From Fimbriimonadales bacterium (GTDB taxonomy: Bacteria; Armatimonadota; Fimbriimonadia; Fimbriimonadales; JABRVX01): a stretch of DNA of 64,000 bases. The translations under genes were made by a program, and so were the position numbers. This document shows, piece by piece, positions 1 through 9,388 of the stretch; positions within the stretch are counted from its first letter, which is position 1; every line of letters starts with the position of its first letter. The stretch is from assembly GCA_045862955.1 (NCBI GenBank), contig BTVI01000002.1, forward strand, positions 90,090 through 154,089, read 5' to 3'. Under the pieces are notes generated by a model, which saw only the letters and a program-made list of their open reading frames with translations, was not told the origin of the DNA and made no database searches.

Positions 1-1392
1 ATGAAGAAGAGCAAGCAGATCACGCCTGCGATTCAGATGAAGGCCGAGCAGTACATCAACCTCGGGTACCAGCGACTGCTCAGCTTCGAGGTGCCGGGTG
101 GAGGCTTCGAGTGGTTCGGCAATCCGCCTGCTCACCAGGTACTGACTGCGTACGGCCTGATGGAGTTTGCCGACATGGCCAAGGTGTATGCCGTAGACCC
201 CAACTTGCTGACGAGAACGCGCGCATGGCTGGAGTCCAAGCAGGCCGCTGATGGTACCTGGACGCCGGACAAGGGTGGCATCGCGGAGGGCGCTATCAAC
301 CGTCAGAGTGACGTGTTCAAAACCACCGCCTACATCGCTTGGGCGCTAGCCCATACTGGCGAGAAGAGCCCGGCGTTGCAAAAGGCGACCGGGTGGTTGA
401 GGCAGCACTTGGCAGGCGAGAACGATCCATACGGCTTAGCACTGGCAGCCAACGCGTTCTACCTCTCCGGTGACAAGGTGGCGGGTCGGCAGACGTTGGA
501 GGCCGTTCTGGCCCAGGCCAAGCGCGACGGCGATCACGTCTACTTCGCAGCGTCCGAGCGCACGCTGGTATACGGCTCCGGACGTGGCGGCGACGTCGAG
601 ACCACGGCGATCGTGGCTCTCGCTCTCACCGAAGCCGGCGACAGGGCCGACACTCTCCGGAAGGTAATCGCCTACCTGATCGCGGCAAAGGACCCGAACG
701 GTACGTGGTACTCCACCCAGGCGACGGTGTTCGCACTGAAGGCTCTCATTCGAGCTTCGGAGGCGACAGCTCGAGGGATGAACGGTGAAGGGAGAGTGTT
801 AGTAAACGGCAAGGTCATCGGTACGTTCGTGCTAACACCCGAGGATTACGAGGTAGTGCGGCAGTTCGACGCCCGCGATGTAGTGACCGTCGGTTCCAAC
901 GACGTCCGAATCGAGTATTCGGGCAAGAGCGGACCGATGTACCAGATCGTGGGCATCTTCTACGTTCCGTGGGACAAGGTTCGCGACAGGGAGCAGCGCG
1001 AGATGGACATCGAGGTGAAGTATGACAAGCGCGACCTCGCCGCAAACGACACGGTAACGTGCAGGGTCTCGGTGGCGTATCGCGGTCCGGGCCAGGCAGC
1101 AAATATGGTGATAGTGGACCTGGGCATCCCTCCGGGATTCGAGGTGATGACCGGAGATCTGCAGGAGCTAGTAGGCAGCAAGGTGATCCAGAAGTTCAAC
1201 CTGACCAGCCGCCAGGCGATCCTTTACTTCGACAAGCTGGAGAAGGGCAGGGAGGTGGAGTTCTCGTATCGGCTGATCGCCAAGTACCCGTTGCGGGCCC
1301 GCACGCCATCCAGCCGAGTGTACCAGTACTACGACCCGGACGAGGTGACCTACTCTGCTCCTCAGACGCTGACTGTGTCTGCAGGCAGGTAG
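1..1392 (+). CDS. alpha-2-macroglobulin family protein, C-terminal part (starts before the window)
   Basis: GYQRLLSF-x4-GGFEWFG, LTAYGL, VETTA, WYSTQATV, MVIVDLGIPPGF and VYQYYDP motifs of the A2M thioester (TED) and receptor-binding domains. Confidence 0.88.
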   Translation: MKKSKQITPAIQMKAEQYINLGYQRLLSFEVPGGGFEWFGNPPAHQVLTAYGLMEFADMAKVYAVDPNLLTRTRAWLESKQAADGTWTPDKGGIAEGAINRQSDVFKTTAYIAWALAHTGEKSPALQKATGWLRQHLAGENDPYGLALAANAFYLSGDKVAGRQTLEAVLAQAKRDGDHVYFAASERTLVYGSGRGGDVETTAIVALALTEAGDRADTLRKVIAYLIAAKDPNGTWYSTQATVFALKALIRASEATARGMNGEGRVLVNGKVIGTFVLTPEDYEVVRQFDARDVVTVGSNDVRIEYSGKSGPMYQIVGIFYVPWDKVRDREQREMDIEVKYDKRDLAANDTVTCRVSVAYRGPGQAANMVIVDLGIPPGFEVMTGDLQELVGSKVIQKFNLTSRQAILYFDKLEKGREVEFSYRLIAKYPLRARTPSSRVYQYYDPDEVTYSAPQTLTVSAGR

Positions 1393-1411
1393 CTTCGTAT
1401 GCCAAGTGAAC

Positions 1412-1452
1412 CCACGCGGGGCGCCGCCTCCGGCGGCGCCCAGCCCCGTGTG
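1412..1452 (+). terminator. GC-rich hairpin after the A2M gene (terminator-like)
   Basis: cacgcgggg-cgccgcc tcc ggcggcg-cccagccccgtgtg inverted repeat about 20 nt after the stop; no U-tract. Confidence 0.35.
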
Positions 1453-1502
1453 ACCGACCGGTTGGAGTGACTCCGCCCGATGGCAGGGTGCGTCATCGAG
1501 AA

Positions 1503-1765
1503 CTCCCTCCCCTTGGAGCGAAGCGGAAGGGGGAGGGGTGGGTGGGGGTCCAGTTAAGACTGCAGACCGATGGATGCGAGAGCCTTGTAGCAGGGGGCAC
1601 TGGCCTCGTCACTGCCCCACCGTCGAGGGTGGATGGAGAGATCGACTCGCGCATGTATCGTCATGCTGAGCCAGTCGAAGCATGATCGGGCATGCCGCAC
1701 GTAGGCGCCTCGGGGCACGGCGCTCTCGGCTTCCGGCTGCATGCTTCGACAGGCTCAGCATCACG
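1503..1765. repeat. REP-like palindromic cluster (inverted pair of type-C repeats plus degenerate hairpins)
   Basis: gtcatgctgagccagtcgaagcatga (~1660) and its inverse gcatgcttcgacaggctcagcatc (~1739); ctccctcccctt...aaggggggaggg hairpin at ~1503-1538. Confidence 0.75.
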
Positions 1766-1940
1766 GTGAGGACCTCGAGTCTGTTAGGTAGCACTAGGCA
1801 TGCAGTCAGCTGGCGGTATGGCGAGTGGATGGACTGCGCCCGAGACGGCGCGAGCCTGCTCGCGCCTTGTCACTCGGCACAGCGTGGCACGCCGCATAGC
1901 GCGAGCAGGCTCGCGCACTTCCAAACTAAGATCTCTCGTG

Positions 1941-2501
1941 TTAGGTGTCGGGACCTTCCACCTTCAGGCCTACTTCGTCGGCCAGCAGTCGCAGCCATCG
2001 GCGGCGGCCCTCCAACAGATGCGCGAGGTTGAGAAATCCCAAATCCACGAAGCGGTCCTTGCCGGGCAGCTCGCCCAGCCGCTGCGTGAAGTATGCGATG
2101 TACGCCTCGTTCTGCTCGATCCACTGCCGAACCGCCTCCAATCGCTCACGAGGCTTGAGCAGCCGCAGGTTCAGGCAGCGGGATCGCAACGGGTCGGACA
2201 GCATCCCGAGGTCCTCCTCGGAGACCGGAGCGGTCAGCCAACGACGGAGAGCCGCAGTGCCCTTGGCGGTCAGCGAGTAGGAGGTTCGTGTCCGAGAGGC
2301 CTTGTCCGCCGTCTCCGCAGTGAGGTAGCCAGAGGCCTCTAGCCGGCGCAGCGCGGGGTACACGGCTCCGGTGCTTCCGCTCCAACGCGAGCCTTTCGTG
2401 CGCAAGATCAGATTGCGGATGGAGTAGCCGGTGGTATAGCCGCGATACACGGCACCCAACAGAACGTAGTCGAACTCGGCGAGTTGCTGCCGGGAAGGCA
2501 T
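1941..2501 (-). CDS. PadR family transcriptional regulator
   Basis: TGYSI...WSGSTGAVYPALRRLEASGYL...YSLTAKG wHTH signature with a helical C-terminal region. Confidence 0.9.
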   Translation of the reverse strand: MPSRQQLAEFDYVLLGAVYRGYTTGYSIRNLILRTKGSRWSGSTGAVYPALRRLEASGYLTAETADKASRTRTSYSLTAKGTAALRRWLTAPVSEEDLGMLSDPLRSRCLNLRLLKPRERLEAVRQWIEQNEAYIAYFTQRLGELPGKDRFVDLGFLNLAHLLEGRRRWLRLLADEVGLKVEGPDT

Positions 2502-2619
2502 GTCCTATTGTATCACGCCCTTCACACAACTCAGATCAGCAGAGCAGGAGCTCCCGCTGCTGTCGTTCAACCAGCGGGAGCGTCTATACTCGGGAGAACG
2601 CCCGAAAGGATGTCCGAAC

Positions 2620-3918
2620 ATGGTATCGATCGCACTATCCCTGTTCCTGCTCGCCTCCGCTTCGACTGGCATTTCCGCCCAGATCCCCAGCGACTGGCAG
2701 ACCAACTTCCGACCTGACGGAACCCCGAAGCCGCTGAACGACTCGGCGGACAACACGATCTGGCCGAACAAGTGGAGCCGTGCCAACTCCGACGAGTGGA
2801 TCGTGAAGAACCACGACCGCATCCGACAAATGCGCCCGCGCATCCTCATGATCAACTTCTCGAACGAAGTGGACCCAGCCAAGCCGATGCGGTTGGCTAA
2901 TGAACTGATTGCGGCGCTGCGAGAGAGCAGCCGGTATCACGGGTACGAGAACCCCGCAGCGCCGCCATTCCTGGAGTACAGCGTGTGGCGCTACGTGGAC
3001 CTGCGGGACGAGGACCGTAAGGAGAAGAACAGCCGCAAGAGCCCCATCAAACCCGACGTGCCGGAAAACCGCTGGAACTGCGACTACGGCGGCTTCTTCT
3101 CTGAGACGTTCGCCCAGTACATCGGCGTGCGCGATCCGAAGGACCCTAAGCGCTTTTTGCGGCTGGATGAGCTGGTCGACCAGGGTTACGTCCACGAGGT
3201 GTGGTTCACCGCCGCGGCGACCGGCGACTTCCGCTGCCTGGAGTGCGTGGAGATGAAGCCGGTGTATGACGAGAACTTCCAGCGCATTCCCGACAAGTTC
3301 GCGCAGGCAGGCAACGGTGGAGACCCTGACCAGAAGTGGACGGGTCGCTCCGTTCGTATCAACTGCTTCAATCAGGACCGTGGCATCGGGTGCGCCATGG
3401 AGAATCTAGGGCACGCGATGGAGGGTATGGCCCACAGCGGGTGCATTCCTTACTTCAGGAAGTACTTCTACGAGTATGCGATGTTCGACCTAGACAAGCG
3501 ATACGGCTTGCCGTTCAACTCCTACTATCCCTTGTGGGGCGAGGGGAAGGGTATCACCTATCCCGACCCTAACACCGCTGTCGTGACGGACGGCGAGAAG
3601 ATCTGGACGCTGAAGAACTACGTGGCAACAGGCGGCAATGTGCACTTTCCTCCGAATGCACGAAGTCACTATGATCAGGCCAACACCCAGCCCGTAATGT
3701 CTACTATCGAGGACTGGCGCATTGGTAGTGGGCCGGGTGGAAAGGATCGGGCCAAGCCGTGGACCGTCGCGGTGCTGGATCGTTTCAAGGACCTGGCGCC
3801 CGATTGCATGGGGAAGTGGCTGGTGTATTGGCGGCAGAACATGCCGGGTCTGGACAACCGCTCGAAGGACGATGACGGCAAGCCCATGAAAAACTGGTTC
3901 GTGTTTCTATTCTATTGA
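2620..3918 (+). CDS. secreted hypothetical protein (possible metalloprotease-like, ENLGHAMEG)
   Basis: ATG at 2620 after aaagga; signal peptide MVSIALSLFLLASA; 432-aa ORF with typical codon usage. Confidence 0.7.
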   Translation: MVSIALSLFLLASASTGISAQIPSDWQTNFRPDGTPKPLNDSADNTIWPNKWSRANSDEWIVKNHDRIRQMRPRILMINFSNEVDPAKPMRLANELIAALRESSRYHGYENPAAPPFLEYSVWRYVDLRDEDRKEKNSRKSPIKPDVPENRWNCDYGGFFSETFAQYIGVRDPKDPKRFLRLDELVDQGYVHEVWFTAAATGDFRCLECVEMKPVYDENFQRIPDKFAQAGNGGDPDQKWTGRSVRINCFNQDRGIGCAMENLGHAMEGMAHSGCIPYFRKYFYEYAMFDLDKRYGLPFNSYYPLWGEGKGITYPDPNTAVVTDGEKIWTLKNYVATGGNVHFPPNARSHYDQANTQPVMSTIEDWRIGSGPGGKDRAKPWTVAVLDRFKDLAPDCMGKWLVYWRQNMPGLDNRSKDDDGKPMKNWFVFLFY

Positions 3919-3972
3919 TGTCGCCGGGACCTACGCCGGGGGCCTAATGACCTGCCCTCCGCGCGGGGAACT

Positions 3973-4326
3973 TGGTGGAGGCGGGGGGAGTTGAACCCCC
4001 TTCCAAGACCGATGCCTCTCGGGCGTCTACGAGCGTAGCCTGCCTTCTTGTCTCGCGGAGCGCTAACCCGCAGGCGGGGATGCCACTCTCGCCAGTCCGG
4101 TTTCTTCTCGCCCCTCCGTGCTACGGACCGAAGCCGGAGACGCTAGTCGGATTTGTCCACGCCTCCTTCGCGCCTACCGACCCGGCGCTGGGAGACGGCT
4201 GCTGTTAATTAGGCAGCGTAAGCGTAAGAGTTCGCACTTACTGTTTTTGCCGCTTTTTTACGAGGCCAACGGCACCTCGGCTCGCAGCTCGAGCGCAAAC
4301 CGACCCTGTCGAGCCCGTTCGCCCCC
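3973..4326 (-). ncRNA. ssrA: tmRNA; tag peptide ANSYAYAA*
   Basis: minus strand starts GGGGGCGAACGGGCTCGAC and ends GGGGTTCAACTCCCCCCGCCTCCACCA; internal GCG AAC TCT TAC GCT TAC GCT GCC TAA. Confidence 0.95.
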
Positions 4327-4337
4327 ACGTTGCACTT

Positions 4338-4343
4338 ATTATA
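4338..4343 (-). promoter_or_regulatory. -10 box (TATAAT) for ssrA
   Basis: perfect TATAAT 11 nt upstream of the mature tmRNA 5' end. Confidence 0.6.
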
Positions 4344-4428
4344 CTTCCCAGACCCGCATTAGGTTCCACCAGGACCGTTGCGGGCTGTTGGGCAGGGAGG
4401 GCGGCGCCCGTCGGAGAAACTCTCGTTC

Positions 4429-5334
4429 GTGAGCAAGGCTTTTCTCTTCCCCGGTCAAGGTTCCCAGGTTCCCGGCATGGGCCGCAACATCCGCGAGGCT
4501 TCATCGGCCGCGCGCGAGGCCTTCGAGCGCGTGAGCGAGGCGGTTGGAAGCGACGTGGCCGCCCTCTGTAACGAAAGCGATCCGGAGACGCTCCGCCGCA
4601 CCGAGAACGCCCAGATTGCGCTCTATACCTGTGGCGTAGCGACGGCCGCAGCGCTGAACGAGAAGGGACTCGTGCCTGCGTTCACTCTCGGCCACAGCGT
4701 CGGCGAGTACGCTGCACTAGCGGCTGCAGGCGTCATCTCGCTAGAAGACGGCGCTCGCCTCGTCGCTCGCCGCGGCGAGCTAATGTCCCAAGCAGAGAAC
4801 GGCGGAATGGCTGCGATCATCGGACTGGACGATGCACAAGTGGAAGCGGCTTGCTCCGGTGTTTCGGAAGGCATCGTGGTGGTCGCCAACTACAACTCGC
4901 CCGGCCAGGTCGTGATCTCCGGAGAGCCGGCTGCGGTGGCGGCGGCGTGCGCGAACGCCACGGCGGCAGGGGCGCGACGGGTGGTCCCGCTGAACGTCTC
5001 GGGTGCATTCCACTCGCCGCTGATGCAGGAAGCTGCGGCCCACATGCGCTCGGCTCTGGCGAGCGTTTCGTTCTCCACGGGCACCGCCCGGGTGGCGTCC
5101 AACGTCCTGGGCGATTTCGTGACAGACGCAGCCGCCTGGCCCGATCTCCTCGCGAGGCAGATAGCGTCGCCTGTTCGCTGGACAGACTGCATTCGGGCGG
5201 CGGTGCGCGAAGGCGCTACGGAGTTCTTCGAGTGTGGGCCAGGCAACGTGTTGTGTGGTCTGCTGCGGCGCATTGCGCCCGAGGCCGAGTGCACCGGCGT
5301 GGGGGACGCAGAGGCTTTGGCAGGACTTTCTTAG
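4429..5334 (+). CDS. fabD: malonyl-CoA:ACP transacylase
   Basis: FLFPGQGSQ, GHSVGEY, ANYNSPGQVVISG, VSGAFHS, SPVRW, ECGPG. Confidence 0.95.
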   Translation: MSKAFLFPGQGSQVPGMGRNIREASSAAREAFERVSEAVGSDVAALCNESDPETLRRTENAQIALYTCGVATAAALNEKGLVPAFTLGHSVGEYAALAAAGVISLEDGARLVARRGELMSQAENGGMAAIIGLDDAQVEAACSGVSEGIVVVANYNSPGQVVISGEPAAVAAACANATAAGARRVVPLNVSGAFHSPLMQEAAAHMRSALASVSFSTGTARVASNVLGDFVTDAAAWPDLLARQIASPVRWTDCIRAAVREGATEFFECGPGNVLCGLLRRIAPEAECTGVGDAEALAGLS

Positions 5335-5356
5335 TGGCGCAGGTAGACTTTCCCGC

Positions 5357-6550
5357 ATGGATTTCGCCCTAACGAACGAGCACAAGCTGATTCAGGAGAG
5401 TGCCCGCCGCTTCGCCGAAACCGAAGTGCTGCCCGGCCTGAAAGAACGAGACCGGGAGGGAAGGCCCGACCCCAACCTGCTCAAGAAGATGGGCGAAGCG
5501 GGGCTGCTCGGCGTGTGCATTCCCGCCAAGTACGGGGGGCAGGATGCGGACTATGTCAGCCTCGGCCTCGTGTGCGAAGAACTGGAGCGAGCCGATAGCA
5601 CCGCGCGCGTGATCATGTCCGTGCACGTCGGGTTGAACAGCCTGGCGCTGCTGCAGTGGGGAACGGAGGAACAGAAGCAGCGATTCCTGGTGCCACAGGC
5701 GAAGGGTGAGAAGTTCGCCGGCTTCGGACTGACAGAGCCCAACGCCGGCTCTGACGTGGTGGGCATCCGAAGCACCGCGGTGCGCGATGGTGACACGTAT
5801 GTGTTGAACGGCGAGAAGACGTGGATCAGCCTGGCCGACCTGGCGGACCACTTCCTGGTAGTGGCCTACACGGATCGTGCGAAGAAGTCGCGTGGGATGA
5901 CGGCGTTCGTAGTGGAGCGGGGCATGCCCGGCTTCACCACCCAGCCGATCCATGGCAAGCTGGGTGTGCGCGCCGGCGACACGGGAACTCTAGTCATGCA
6001 AGACGTTCGCGTGCCGGCCGCGAACCGCATCGGCGAGGAGGGTGAGGGGTTCAAGATTGCGATGTCGGCGCTCGACAACGGACGCTACACGGTGGCGAGC
6101 GGAGCGGTAGGGATCATCGTCGCGTGCTTGGATGCGTGCGTGCCGTATTGCCGCGACAGGAAGACGGGTGGGCAGGAGATCGGCAAGCACCAACTCGTCC
6201 AGCAGATGGTAGCGCGCATGGCAGCATCGCGCGACATCGGAAGACTGTTGTACTACCGGTGTGGGTGGATGAAGAACCAGGGCATGCGTTGCACGCGCGA
6301 GGTGAGCATGGCGAAGTGGATCAACTGCGATAACGCATTCGCTGCAGCCAACGACGCGGTGCAGATCCATGGTGCCTACGGATATAGCGATGAGTTCCCC
6401 GTGGAGCGTTACCTGAGGAACAGCCGGGGAGCGGTGATCTATGAAGGCACACGCGAGATCCACACTCTGATGCAGGCGGAGTATGAACTCGGCTACCGCC
6501 ACGATCGCCCTCTTCGCTGCGAACTTCCCGGCTGGCCGTTCGAGGGCTGA
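5357..6550 (+). CDS. acyl-CoA dehydrogenase
   Basis: FGLTEPNAGSD, LNGEKTWIS, QIHGAYGYSDEFPVER, IYEGTREI. Confidence 0.95.
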   Translation: MDFALTNEHKLIQESARRFAETEVLPGLKERDREGRPDPNLLKKMGEAGLLGVCIPAKYGGQDADYVSLGLVCEELERADSTARVIMSVHVGLNSLALLQWGTEEQKQRFLVPQAKGEKFAGFGLTEPNAGSDVVGIRSTAVRDGDTYVLNGEKTWISLADLADHFLVVAYTDRAKKSRGMTAFVVERGMPGFTTQPIHGKLGVRAGDTGTLVMQDVRVPAANRIGEEGEGFKIAMSALDNGRYTVASGAVGIIVACLDACVPYCRDRKTGGQEIGKHQLVQQMVARMAASRDIGRLLYYRCGWMKNQGMRCTREVSMAKWINCDNAFAAANDAVQIHGAYGYSDEFPVERYLRNSRGAVIYEGTREIHTLMQAEYELGYRHDRPLRCELPGWPFEG

Positions 6551-6589
6551 CTGGTAGGTTGGCGGTGTAGGGGCATGCTGTGCTACTCC

Positions 6590-7120
6590 CGTTCGATCCC
6601 CCCACCCGCGCTCGGGTGGAGAGCGTCTGTCTGTCGGCATTGCCTCCATCCGAGGGCGGATGGAGGAACACATGCCGCGGCTCAGCATCCTCACAGGCCG
6701 TAGCCTTCATCCTAGGGTGGAGGGAGGAACGGATGCCGCGGCCCAGCATCCTCACAGGCCGTAGCCTTCATCCTAGGGCGGAGGGAGGAACGGATGCCGC
6801 GGCCCAGCATCGTCACAGGCGCTAGCCTTCATCCGAGGGTGGAGGGAGGTATGGCTTGGGCCAGCGTAGAGCGGTAACAAGGCACATAGCACCAAACCGT
6901 CATGCTGAGCCTGTCGAAGCATGACGGCGGGTACCGCGAACCTCACTTTGCACACTGCTACCATGCGGCTCGTGGTGTCATGCTTCGACAGGCTCAGCAT
7001 GACGTTGCTTGCGGGGTTGCCAAGGGCGAGGGCCGCATGCCTCGACGGGCTCGGCATGACGGTGCTTGGGGGGTTGCCGAAGGATAAGCCCACATGCCTC
7101 CTCAGGCTCAGCATGACGGC
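6590..7120. repeat. REP-like cluster: 4 type-B hairpins at 61-bp period (6642, 6703, 6764, 6825) followed by 4 type-C repeats
   Basis: gcct(c/t)catcc(g/t)aggg(c/t)gga(t/g)ggagg x4; gtcatgctgagcctgtcgaagcatgac (~6899) and inverse copies at ~6977, ~7035 and ~7092. Confidence 0.85.
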
Positions 7121-7223
7121 TACCACTGAACAAGTGTTGTAGGAGTACGGAGGCACGGTGTGTGCACAATCAATACCCCACAACGGGTGAGGGCGACTCG
7201 TGTCCTTGTGGTATCCTGCGCAC

Positions 7224-8177
7224 ATGGAGTCAGCCGACAGGGACAGCGTAGAGGCAACTCCCAGGGAGGAGTTGCTGCGGGAACTACAGCACATCTACAC
7301 CGAACTCCAGAGCCTCAAACAGACGGTCGAGAGCCTAGATTCGAGGCTCACATCGGCGTTGGACTCGCTACGACATCTACGGCCCGATGCCAATGGAGCG
7401 CAGACCGATGGGGGTACGAACCAGACCAGTGACGGACTTGGACACCTAACCGCGCTCGAGTGGCTCAGACTCAAAGGCATCGCGGTCCGCCACGAGAGCC
7501 CACCGGACTACGACTACTCCGCGTTGGATCACCTTTCCAAATTGCTTGGAGAGCACAGAAAGGATGTTCGTCGGGTATTCGACGCTATCCGTGCGGCGCT
7601 GAGCGACAAAGGCATAATCCGAGTCGACCTGTCTAGGGCCAGCCAGGAGGAGCTCTCGTACTCCACGCAGATGTGCACCATCATGCGTGACCATGCTCTT
7701 CTCAGGGAGTACCACTACGCTAAGGGCCGGCGACTTGTGTTAGGGAATGTTCTCCGCGAAGGCTATATCATCAACTATCTGACTGGGAAGTGGTTCGAGC
7801 GCTTTGTGCATCTGAAAGTGTCGGCTCTGCTCCAGGCGCATTCCCTGCAGGCAGATTTGCTAGTCAACCCTAAGATTATCTTCCCGAACGGGGATGACTT
7901 CGAGCTGGACCTGTTCTGGACTGTGGACTCCACACCTTTGTGGATAGAATGCAAGACTGGAGACTATAGTGAGCATGTGGTAAAGTATGCCAAGGTGAGA
8001 AAATCGCTCCATGTTCCCGCAGAGCGATCGATTTTGGTAGTGTACGGTCTCGATGACTGGCGGTGCAACTCGCTAACGAAGCTGCACGGGATAAACATCA
8101 CCAATGAGGTGGGATTGTCGGATGTAGTGAGAAGGTGTCTTGGGCTAGCACCCGTCAATGCTCAGGTTGGGGGGTGA
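7224..8177 (+). CDS. coiled-coil + PD-(D/E)xK nuclease-like protein (Card1/DUF1887-type nuclease domain)
   Basis: YLTGKWFE...NGDDFELDLF...LWIECKTG motif; N-terminal heptad-rich helix. Confidence 0.65.
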   Translation: MESADRDSVEATPREELLRELQHIYTELQSLKQTVESLDSRLTSALDSLRHLRPDANGAQTDGGTNQTSDGLGHLTALEWLRLKGIAVRHESPPDYDYSALDHLSKLLGEHRKDVRRVFDAIRAALSDKGIIRVDLSRASQEELSYSTQMCTIMRDHALLREYHYAKGRRLVLGNVLREGYIINYLTGKWFERFVHLKVSALLQAHSLQADLLVNPKIIFPNGDDFELDLFWTVDSTPLWIECKTGDYSEHVVKYAKVRKSLHVPAERSILVVYGLDDWRCNSLTKLHGINITNEVGLSDVVRRCLGLAPVNAQVGG

Positions 8178-8310
8178 AGCGAAGACCTACTCACCCAGCC
8201 CCTCGAGGGGCGAAGCGCATCACACCTCGACAGAAGGCGCGGATAACACTACGAGCCTTCTCGGTCACCAAGACTGGTGCCAGTTGCCGTGTGGTTCCAC
8301 CTCTTGCCGG

Positions 8311-9243
8311 CTATGCTGGTTCAGCCTGCGCCTGAGCCCAGCTGGAGTCACAGGTCACTCGGTTACGCCCTGATCTCTTACTCTCGTACATCAGTTCGTC
8401 TGCGCGGCGCAGCGCCTCGTCCAGTGTCTCGTCATCGCCTACCAGCGAAGCACCGATGGACACGGTGACCTGAATGTTGCCCTGCGGGCTCTCGACGTAC
8501 GAGTTCTCCACGAGCATCCGATATCGGTGAGCACAACGAAGCATCTCGTGCTCGTCTACCTGTGCAAGGCCCACGACGAACTCCTCACCGCCCCACCGAC
8601 CAACCACGTCCATCGCCCTCGAGCTGTTGGCTAGGGTCTGGGCAACCATTCGCAACACTCTGTCGCCTGTGTCGTGTCCGTAGGTGTCGTTGACCCACTT
8701 AAATCGGTCCACGTCCAGAAACAGCAGCCCGAACCCCCAACCCATTCTCCGTGACTGCTCCAGTCCGGATTGAAGCGCCTGCTCACAGTAGCGGCGATTT
8801 GCCACCTCGGTCAACGGATCCAGGCACGCCGACCGCTTCAGATCGTCGGCGAGCGAGAGTGCCGCAACGGTTCGGGTGTTGTCACTGAACACCTCGACGG
8901 CACCGATGATCTGGCCGTTCTCCCCGCGGATCGGCGATACCCGTACGATTACAGGTACCCGATGCCCATCTCGATGGTGCAGGCAGACCTCGGCCTGCTG
9001 CGACTCGCCGCTTAGAATGGTGGCAGTAAGCGGGCACGCCGTGTGGCAGAGCGCAGTCCCCTCGTCGTCCACATGCCTCAAAGGTGTATTCCAGCAGCAC
9101 TTTCCCACCGACTCCTCAGAGGAGTAACCCGTGAGCCGCTCGGCACCCCGGTTCCAATACGTGATCCGCCGGTCTCGGTCTACGAAGTACACCCCGTCGT
9201 ACAAGTTGTCCAGAAGTTCTCGATAGAATTCCTCGTTGTGCAT
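8311..9243 (-). CDS. PAS-GGDEF diguanylate cyclase
   Basis: PAS (DGVYFVD..ITYWNRGAERLTGY), DPLT, DVDRFK-VNDTYGH, RxxD I-site (RAMD), GGEEF. Confidence 0.93.
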   Translation of the reverse strand: MHNEEFYRELLDNLYDGVYFVDRDRRITYWNRGAERLTGYSSEESVGKCCWNTPLRHVDDEGTALCHTACPLTATILSGESQQAEVCLHHRDGHRVPVIVRVSPIRGENGQIIGAVEVFSDNTRTVAALSLADDLKRSACLDPLTEVANRRYCEQALQSGLEQSRRMGWGFGLLFLDVDRFKWVNDTYGHDTGDRVLRMVAQTLANSSRAMDVVGRWGGEEFVVGLAQVDEHEMLRCAHRYRMLVENSYVESPQGNIQVTVSIGASLVGDDETLDEALRRADELMYESKRSGRNRVTCDSSWAQAQAEPA

Positions 9244-9388
9244 CACGCAGCCTCCACCCATTTCCTTCCATAGCCGTTACGCCTTCTGAACGAGATTCCC
9301 CGCACTGTGCAAGGAGCTCCAGCCCGCCGCGTCAGACGCTGGAGCGGTCCAGGGGCATTCGGACGCACGGAACGGGTAGGCTATTCGT

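Noticed and set aside
3900..3990. Integrative element at the ssrA (or selC) 3' end
   Set aside because: No integrase and no duplicated 3'-end fragment seen in the window
3972..4504. ORFs MVEAGGVEPPS and neighbours
   Set aside because: They overlap tmRNA; MVEAGGVEP is the typical antisense translation of its 3' end
6580..7294. Short ORFs containing MLSLSKH/FDRLSMT (also near 1.6 and 47.5 kb)
   Set aside because: Artefactual translations of the type-C palindrome
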